From a virus (Duplodnaviria > Caudoviricetes), in the IMG/VR virus record IMGVR_UViG_3300037046_000214, positions 1 through 27,242 of that record: a stretch of DNA of 27,242 nucleotides. The stretch is one strand, 5' to 3'. This document shows positions 15,755 through 22,534 of the stretch, in pieces; position 1 is the stretch's first letter; each line of letters opens with the position of its first letter. The notes under the pieces are model-generated. The model saw only the letters and a program-made list of their open reading frames with translations, did no database searches and was not told the DNA's origin. Position numbers and translations under genes: made by a program.

Positions 15755-16918
15755 ATGGCTCAAGCCAGAGGCAGCGCCGCCCAGGTGGTGATTGATTTCG
15801 AAACGGCTTACGGGGAGGACCCCGTTGCCGCTGCCGGGATTTCCATTCCCTTTAATTATCCCTGGGATCTGAAGGCGGTCCGGGACCTGAAAGAAGGCAA
15901 TACCCACCGCGGCCGCCGGGATGGGGCCATGCCCTTTTACGGCAACTCCGACGCCAAGGGCGGGGTGGTGGTGCCCGTGGACCAGGTCGCCATCGGCTAC
16001 TGGCTCCGGGCCTTGCTGGGGGCGCCCACCACGGCCCCCCCCTCCTCAGATACCCTGGACGCCGCCCCGGCGGTGGACAAGGTCGGGGATTTTGTGGGCC
16101 TTCCCATTACCGGCCATGCCTTTGTGGCCGGAGAGACGGTGGTCATAACCGGCACCGATAATTATGACGGCACCCACGTCATCTATTCCAAGACCACCAA
16201 CGAGATTGTCATCCCGTCCCTGTACGTGGCCGAAACCTTCGCCGGGACCGAAACCGTCGTCTCCAGTTTGAGCACCCATGTCTATAAACCGGCCGCCAGC
16301 CTGGAGTCCCTGGTGGTGGAGGCGGGGTTTACTGACATCGCCCGCTATCACAAGTTCAACGGCGTCAAGGTCAACAAGTTCGCCATGGACATCACCGGCG
16401 ACGGCGAACTCACGGCCAAAGTGGACCTCATCGGGGCGAAGGAAACGGTAGCGGGCGCGGCCTATGACGCCGGCCCCACGGCCATCACCTTTGCCCGGTT
16501 CCACACCATGCAGGCCGCGGTAAAACTCGGGGGCGCCAGTATTGCCATTGTCCAGGACTTTAAGTTTGAGGTGGACAACAACCTGGACCCCGCCAGCTTT
16601 GTCCTGGCCAATGCGGTCCGGGGGGATTTGCCGGAGGGTGATTGTCTGGTAAGCGGCTCCATCAAGGCCCTGTTTGCATCTGCTGATCTCTATGCCCTGG
16701 CGGTGGCCGGGACCGAAACGAGCCTGCAGATCACCTTCACCGCCGGCCTCTATTCCCTGAGCTTTGAGATCCAGGAGCTTCTCTTCACCCCCAGCACTCC
16801 CACCATCGTCAAGGGCGGCGCTTACGTGGAACTGCCTTTCAAGGCCTACTTTGAGAATGGGGCGGCGGATGCCATTATCCGGGCCGTCCTGGTGAACAAT
16901 CAGGCCTCTTACGCCTGA
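15755..16918 (+). CDS. Major tail (tube) protein with an inserted beta domain
   Basis: MAQARGS...FETAYG, GVKVNKF, FEVDNNL and VSGSIKALF motifs; AGGAGG RBS; ~70-aa insertion at ~16042-16261. Confidence 0.85.
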   Translation: MAQARGSAAQVVIDFETAYGEDPVAAAGISIPFNYPWDLKAVRDLKEGNTHRGRRDGAMPFYGNSDAKGGVVVPVDQVAIGYWLRALLGAPTTAPPSSDTLDAAPAVDKVGDFVGLPITGHAFVAGETVVITGTDNYDGTHVIYSKTTNEIVIPSLYVAETFAGTETVVSSLSTHVYKPAASLESLVVEAGFTDIARYHKFNGVKVNKFAMDITGDGELTAKVDLIGAKETVAGAAYDAGPTAITFARFHTMQAAVKLGGASIAIVQDFKFEVDNNLDPASFVLANAVRGDLPEGDCLVSGSIKALFASADLYALAVAGTETSLQITFTAGLYSLSFEIQELLFTPSTPTIVKGGAYVELPFKAYFENGAADAIIRAVLVNNQASYA

Positions 16919-16936
16919 ACGGAGGGGTTTTTATCT

Positions 16937-17326
16937 ATGCTGACCATCACCACCGGCGACAAACGCCTTGAGGTGGAATACCAGGGGACTATCGTGGCCG
17001 TGACCCTGGCCCCGGAAAGCCTCACCAACCAGTTGCAGTCTCTGGAATGGGCCCGGCAGCAAGGTTTATGGCGCATCGAGGCGGACGGGGACGGCAAGGA
17101 AGCCAATCTGATCTCCGGCATCGCTTTTCGGCGCATCGAACTGTTGCGCCGCATCAAGGCCTGGGAAGGATTGATTGACGATCAGGGCGCCGCCCTTCCC
17201 TGTACCGAAGATATGAAGATCCTGGTCTTCGGCCAGCAGCCGGCGCTGATCAACCTGATCCAGGAGCAGCTCCAGGCGGCCCAGGAGACGGAAGGAAAAA
17301 ACTCCGGGCCCTCGCAGGCTGGTTAG
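16937..17326 (+). CDS. Tail assembly chaperone G
   Basis: Between tube and tape measure; WEGLIDDQGAALPCT motif; ends in EGKN with a slippery site. Confidence 0.85.
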   Translation: MLTITTGDKRLEVEYQGTIVAVTLAPESLTNQLQSLEWARQQGLWRIEADGDGKEANLISGIAFRRIELLRRIKAWEGLIDDQGAALPCTEDMKILVFGQQPALINLIQEQLQAAQETEGKNSGPSQAG

Positions 17327-17631
17327 GGCGGCCGGCCTCCGGCTGGGAAGCCTGCCGGCACTGCCGCCAGGCCCACCGGAAAGACCCGGCCTGGTCCTGC
17401 GGGGGGTGTGAACAGCAGCAACCGGGTATCTTGCCCGGCAATCTCTTGGCCTGGCTGGCCTGGGCCAAACTTGAGGCGGCGATCTTCGACGGGACGGGGG
17501 GCATCAATATCAGCGGCATTGAAGCGGGCTTGAGACTGTTGGAGATTCCCCGGAGTGTCAGGCCCGAATTGTTTTCTAAACTTATGACCCTGGCCCGGGG
17601 CGTCCTGGTGCAGAGACAAAAACATGGCTGA
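17296..17631 (+). CDS. Tail assembly chaperone T segment, reached by a -1 frameshift (GT fusion 16937-17631)
   Basis: A AAA AAC at 17296-17302. The -1 frame is open to 17631: KLRALAGWLGRPASGWEACRHC...CGGC...PGNLLAW...QKHG. Confidence 0.8.
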   Translation, partial: KKLRALAGWLGRPASGWEACRHCRQAHRKDPAWSCGGCEQQQPGILPGNLLAWLAWAKLEAAIFDGTGGINISGIEAGLRLLEIPRSVRPELFSKLMTLARGVLVQRQKHG

Positions 17632-20269
17632 AGACGGCAAGGTAGTCATTGAACTGATAGGAAAGGACAAGGCCACCCAGACCTTTGTCAAGTCCATGAA
17701 GGATATGCAGCAATCCGCCCAGAGCTTGGAAAGCGGCGCCACCAGTTCTTTTGCCAAAATGGGAACCTCCATCACCTCCTTCGCCTCGGCCCATGCCGGC
17801 GCCATTGCCGGGATCGCCGCCAGCTATGTTGGCATGAAAGGGGTCAAGGAGTTTTGGAGCACCATTAAAGAGGTGTCGGCCTCGGAAGCAGCCTTGCAAA
17901 AAATGGCCAGCCGCCTCAATGCGACCGTCACCGAACTTAGTTCTTTGGGGGTGGTGGCCCGGAAGACCGGCATGGATTCGGAAGCCTTCAACATAGCCCT
18001 GGAGCGGATGAACAAGAATATATCCAATGCTGTGTTAAAAGCCGAAGCTATGCCCGAGGCCGTAGATGAGTTTGGCGAGCCTCTGGAGAAAGGCGCCCGC
18101 CTCATGGATGAATTGGGATTGCGGGCCGATGTTCTGCAAAAAATGCCCCTGCCGGAAAAGCTCAAGACCATTGCCTCAGCCATGAAGGACAATATCCAAC
18201 CGGCCGACCAATCCCGCGTCGCCTTGGAACTTTTTGGGAGAGCCGGCGGCGCCCTGGTCATTGCTTTGAAAGCGGGGCCAGAGGCCATACAAAAGTGGAT
18301 TGACCGTCAAATTGCATTGGGCATCACTACCGATGAAATGGCCAAGAAAGGGGCCGAACTCAAGACCGCCACGGGCGACCTCACGGTGGCCTGGCATCAG
18401 TTTGCGGTTGAGCTGACCGATGTGGTAGCCCCATCCATAGGGTATGCCATTAATAAATTAACCGATTTGATCGTGGCGGCCCGGAGCGCCTCCAAAGCCA
18501 GAGCGGAGTTTGAAGCAAAAGCCGCGGCCAATCCTCTGCATGCGGGTGATTGGTGGACGCCGACATTGCAACCTGGCGGCGGCGGGGGCGGCGGGGGTTG
18601 GGGAGAAGATGTGAGGAAAGAGCCTTCCCGGCCAACTCCTAAAGTCCCCACGACCGGCGGCAAGGGCGGGTCCGGGTCCGGACTGGAGTCGGCCCAGCGC
18701 CAGTTGGAAAACTTCATCCAGACTATGCAGGCGGAGACGGCCAAGGCCTCGGGGGACGGCATCGCCGCCCTGGATGCCTGGTACGCCAAGGAAACCCGGA
18801 TCCTGGAAGAGCTTATCAAGAAAACCGGCGAGAGCGCCGCGGCCCGGACGGCCCTGTCCGGCGCCTATGCCGGGAAGCGGGAGAAAATCGAAGAGGATTT
18901 CAACCAGTTTGTCGCCAAAGAGAGCGGCAACGCCTACGTGGAGATCGAGGCCCAGGCCAGAGGCTGGCTGGGGAAATATCAAGGCCTGGCGAATTCGGAA
19001 GCACAGATCGCCGCCATCAAAAGCCAGAAGATCTGGCTGGAGGACGTGAAGCAGTATGAGGCCCGGGCCGGTCTGGAAAAGGGCTTCCTGGACACCCTGG
19101 CCTCATCCTCCCCCCTCCTGTCTGAACAGTTGGGTTACAAACAAAAGGCCCTGGCCCTGGAAATCGAAATCGACCGCTACACCCTGGAAAAAAAGTTCCT
19201 GGAGATGGAGATCTCCGAGGAGCAGAAGGATCAGTACCGGGGCCTGCTGGCCCTGACCAATGCCGCCAAGAAGTATTCTCTGGAACGGGAGGGGTGGAAG
19301 ACCCAAGGTATCGGCGGGGGAATGAAGATCCTCGGCGAAGATCTCCGCAAAGAAGGGGAAACTTGGGTGGCTGATTCTTTTGTGAGCGGGTTCAAGTCGG
19401 CAAGAAGTTTTCTGGAAGACTCGCTATCCGGGGTGATGAAAGGGATGCTTCGGGGAGAGAAGCTCGACATCAAGAAGTTCGGCCTTTCCGTCGGTGACAG
19501 CATTATCGACGGCATGGTTAAAATGGGTTCCCGGGAATTGATTAAATTATTTACCGGGACGTTAGAGAAAGCAGTTACGTCCCTTGGGGGCGAGGCTGCT
19601 GGGAAAGCAATAGGTCGGGTTGTGGGGAAAGCGGGCGGCGATATTGTTGGAGGAGTTGTGGGGCAGGCCCCAGAAGCGGCGGCGGGAGTTGAATTGATGG
19701 CGGCGGCCTTGGCTTTGACTGGTTCTTCTTTGTTGTTAGATGGTTCATCTTTATTATTGGACCTGTCGTCCATGTTGTTAGCCGGTTCTTCTCTTCTCCT
19801 GGACGGAACTTCCTTACTCCTGGATGGGTCGGCTGCGCTCTTAGGTGGAGCAGCAGTTATGTTGTCGCAAGCTGCCCTTGCATTGACGATAGCAGCCGCC
19901 GTCGATGCCGTCCCCATATTGCACCAGGGCGGGATTATAACGGCTCATGGCGGGCTTAATTTATTGGCAAATGAGCGCCTGATTAAAGCCCAGTTGGGAG
20001 AGGGGATTATCAGTAATCGGGGCATGGCGGCCCTACCCCCGGGAGGGTTCGATTTCATCAACCAGGGGGGCGGCCTGCCTGTGGTTCCGGTTCGCGGCGA
20101 AGCCGGCGGGGGCGGTGGCAATGTTGTTCATGCACCCATTAACATCACTATTAATCCCCGCCAGGAAATGACTCAATCCGACTATAACCGGCATTCCCGG
20201 ATGATCGTTAAGTCTCTCAACCGGGCTATCGGCGTCCGCGGCCAGAAGCTCGGCGACGGGAGGGGTTAA
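17624..20269 (+). CDS. Tail tape measure protein
   Basis: 881 aa, Ala/Gly-rich and helical; ALELFGRAG; C-terminal LHQGG...GEGII; follows the chaperone genes. Confidence 0.92.
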   Translation: MAEDGKVVIELIGKDKATQTFVKSMKDMQQSAQSLESGATSSFAKMGTSITSFASAHAGAIAGIAASYVGMKGVKEFWSTIKEVSASEAALQKMASRLNATVTELSSLGVVARKTGMDSEAFNIALERMNKNISNAVLKAEAMPEAVDEFGEPLEKGARLMDELGLRADVLQKMPLPEKLKTIASAMKDNIQPADQSRVALELFGRAGGALVIALKAGPEAIQKWIDRQIALGITTDEMAKKGAELKTATGDLTVAWHQFAVELTDVVAPSIGYAINKLTDLIVAARSASKARAEFEAKAAANPLHAGDWWTPTLQPGGGGGGGGWGEDVRKEPSRPTPKVPTTGGKGGSGSGLESAQRQLENFIQTMQAETAKASGDGIAALDAWYAKETRILEELIKKTGESAAARTALSGAYAGKREKIEEDFNQFVAKESGNAYVEIEAQARGWLGKYQGLANSEAQIAAIKSQKIWLEDVKQYEARAGLEKGFLDTLASSSPLLSEQLGYKQKALALEIEIDRYTLEKKFLEMEISEEQKDQYRGLLALTNAAKKYSLEREGWKTQGIGGGMKILGEDLRKEGETWVADSFVSGFKSARSFLEDSLSGVMKGMLRGEKLDIKKFGLSVGDSIIDGMVKMGSRELIKLFTGTLEKAVTSLGGEAAGKAIGRVVGKAGGDIVGGVVGQAPEAAAGVELMAAALALTGSSLLLDGSSLLLDLSSMLLAGSSLLLDGTSLLLDGSAALLGGAAVMLSQAALALTIAAAVDAVPILHQGGIITAHGGLNLLANERLIKAQLGEGIISNRGMAALPPGGFDFINQGGGLPVVPVRGEAGGGGGNVVHAPINITINPRQEMTQSDYNRHSRMIVKSLNRAIGVRGQKLGDGRG

Positions 20270-20647
20270 ATGGCCAACGGTAAGATCATCTACCCCTCCG
20301 GCGACCCGGCGGCTGTGACTTATGATTTTCCCAAGAATTGGGAATACGGCCACGAGGTCGGCTATCTTGAGGCCGATGACAATGTCCGGTCCCTGGATGG
20401 AACCCTGCACAGCTACGCCGGGCCCCGCAAAAAGGTTTACGATTTGACCTTCTCTGTGGTCACCAAGGCTCAATTCGACTATTTTCTTCTGCTCTGGACT
20501 TATCAGGTGCCCATTGACCTATACCTGGATGGAACCAACCTGGACGCCGTCGTAAAAATGATGGCGCCGCCCAACGGCAGATCCGAAGCGGCGTTCATTG
20601 GTGGCGAACATACTTACTCTTTCGATGTTCGCTTTGAAGAGGTCTAG
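20270..20647 (+). CDS. Distal tail protein-like minor tail protein
   Basis: 125 aa directly after the tape measure; VRSLDGTLH motif and terminal FEEV. Confidence 0.65.
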   Translation: MANGKIIYPSGDPAAVTYDFPKNWEYGHEVGYLEADDNVRSLDGTLHSYAGPRKKVYDLTFSVVTKAQFDYFLLLWTYQVPIDLYLDGTNLDAVVKMMAPPNGRSEAAFIGGEHTYSFDVRFEEV

Positions 20648-20652
20648 TGTAA

Positions 20653-21114
20653 ATGATCCCCGCCGGCGCCGAATACCAGCAATACGAAGCCATGCAAATG
20701 GGGGCCACGCCCGCGGTGCGGATCAGCTTTTCGCCTTATGTCTGGCCCAACGGGGTGAACGACCTGGGGACATCTGTGGAATGCGCCTTCGTTGCCCCGG
20801 ACCGGATTCAGGCCGATTATCACGGGTTCAACGGGGGCTACTGGATCTCCGAGGTTATCACGTCTTACGCCCAGTTCGCGTCTTCGGCGGTCATCACCTG
20901 GGATTGGAACTCCCCAGGGTTCGACCTGGTGGTTTCTTGGCGGTACGGCAACAGCGCCGTCGAATGCGAGGCCGCGGCCTGGGAGCAAATCTATTCCGGG
21001 GACACCCTGACCATCCCGGCTTTTTACCAGTTCAAATTGACGATTGAAGGCTACCGCGCCTGGGCGGTGGACGAGGTTGGCGACGCCGACGACTGGACCG
21101 CCTACGCCATTTAA
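20653..21114 (+). CDS. Tail tip protein; probable N-terminal fragment of a split hub/Tal-like protein
   Basis: Hub position after the Dit-like gene. Beta-sandwich pattern GYWISEVI...W...R...W...YQFKLTI appears to lack its last strand. Confidence 0.6.
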   Translation: MIPAGAEYQQYEAMQMGATPAVRISFSPYVWPNGVNDLGTSVECAFVAPDRIQADYHGFNGGYWISEVITSYAQFASSAVITWDWNSPGFDLVVSWRYGNSAVECEAAAWEQIYSGDTLTIPAFYQFKLTIEGYRAWAVDEVGDADDWTAYAI

Positions 21115-21125
21115 TCAGAGGAATT

Positions 21126-22103
21126 ATGCCCAACAATTTTACCCAGGATTCCCGGATCATCGACTTCTGGCGGTTTGAAAACAACCTGGCTGCCGGGAAA
21201 GCCGGTAACGACCTGACCCCTTCGGCGGGTGGAGTGGGGTATGAATCCGGGTCGCCGCTGGAGGGGGCTTATTCTCTAAAACTTTTGGGTTCCCTCGACC
21301 AATGGGCGCAGCGCAACGATGCCGACTTGAGCGCGGGATTCCCGTTGAAGAACGGCGACACGGTAAAAACAGGCACCTGGCTTTTGCGATTTAAGCCGGC
21401 CAGCTTTACCGGCATTCAATATCTATTAAGCAAAGGGTACGGGAACGGTCAGGTTTTGGCGGGGTTTAATCTTTATATTGACGGCGGTTATCTATGTTTG
21501 TCATGGGGTTATGGCTCCGGTTCGCAAATAAATACTTGGGTCATCTGCCCATTTTATTCATTTGCGCCCGTTTATCATGTGGGCATCGCCTTTGACGGAG
21601 TGACCAAAACGGCCAAAGTGAGGGTGTGGGATGGTTCGTCCGCCGTCACTTATAACAAAACCGACTGGACAGACGCATTAAACATTGGCGCCGCTCCCTT
21701 CAGGGTGGGCTCCCAAGGCGATCCGCCTCTTTCCGAAGATTTCACCGGCCTTGTTGATGAAGTGGTGGTCGCGGACGACATTTTAAGCGACGCCGATATA
21801 GACCTTATCAGGCAGGGGCTTTTTGGCCCCCAAGAAATACTTTTGGTCGGTATTCCCTCGGCTGAAGCATTCGGGGCGCCAGGCATTCTGGTGGAGGGTT
21901 GGGGCTATGCGGCGCCCCAAAACGTCCCCGGTGACCTGCTTACCTATATCGAGGCCCTAGAGATTTCGGGAGAATTTATCGTGATGCCCGACATCGAGGA
22001 AATGGGGACCATAACCCTGGAGGCCCCCGCAGATTTTTCCGACTTGGTGGGCGGCGACCTGTCAGGTCTGATCCTGAATAACCGACAGGAAGGATTAACT
22101 TAA
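21126..22103 (+). CDS. LamG/concanavalin-like domain fused to a probable middle hub fragment
   Basis: DFWRFENN...YHVGIAFDG...FRVG...FTGLVDEVVV...LSDADI, then GIPSAEAFGAP and an unrelated ~65-aa C-terminus. GAGGA RBS. Confidence 0.75.
   Translation: MPNNFTQDSRIIDFWRFENNLAAGKAGNDLTPSAGGVGYESGSPLEGAYSLKLLGSLDQWAQRNDADLSAGFPLKNGDTVKTGTWLLRFKPASFTGIQYLLSKGYGNGQVLAGFNLYIDGGYLCLSWGYGSGSQINTWVICPFYSFAPVYHVGIAFDGVTKTAKVRVWDGSSAVTYNKTDWTDALNIGAAPFRVGSQGDPPLSEDFTGLVDEVVVADDILSDADIDLIRQGLFGPQEILLVGIPSAEAFGAPGILVEGWGYAAPQNVPGDLLTYIEALEISGEFIVMPDIEEMGTITLEAPADFSDLVGGDLSGLILNNRQEGLT
21147..21181 (+). repeat. 35-bp exact direct repeat, copy 1
   Basis: GATTCCCGGATCATCGACTTCTGGCGGTTTGAAAA, identical to 22556-22590. 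Confidence 0.9.
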
Positions 22104-22523
22104 ATGGCTAATTCCCTTTATGACAAAGCTAGAAACGGCTTTCTTCGTGGCGACATCTCTTGGAAATCCGGGGGCGATACCTTCAGGGCCTACCTAGTGG
22201 ACATCCAGGGCGGGACCGGGTACGCGGTGGACCTGGTGGACGATGAGTTCCTGGACGATATCCCTGCTGCGGCCCTGGTGTCTTTCATTGCCCTGGCACC
22301 AGCCGACCCGACGGCAGGCGTGGCCGATGCTCCGGACGTGACTTTCACGTCCGTCACTGGGGCTGAATGCGAGGCCGTCGTCATTGTCAATTGGGTGACA
22401 AACGCTGCCGATAGCCCCTTGATCGCCTATATTGACTCGGCAACCGGACTGCCGGCGACTCCGATCGGCGGAGACATTAAAATCACCTGGGACAGCGGAG
22501 CCAATAAGATCTTCAAGCTCTAA
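22104..22523 (+). CDS. Small virion structural protein (MANxLY...GGDIxITW...IFKL type)
   Basis: 139 aa with ADAPDVTF, SPLIAYID and GLPATPIGGDIKITW, a pattern I recall from phage tail/fibre regions. AGGAAGGA RBS. Confidence 0.7.
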   Translation: MANSLYDKARNGFLRGDISWKSGGDTFRAYLVDIQGGTGYAVDLVDDEFLDDIPAAALVSFIALAPADPTAGVADAPDVTFTSVTGAECEAVVIVNWVTNAADSPLIAYIDSATGLPATPIGGDIKITWDSGANKIFKL

Positions 22524-22534
22524 ACAAGATTGAT

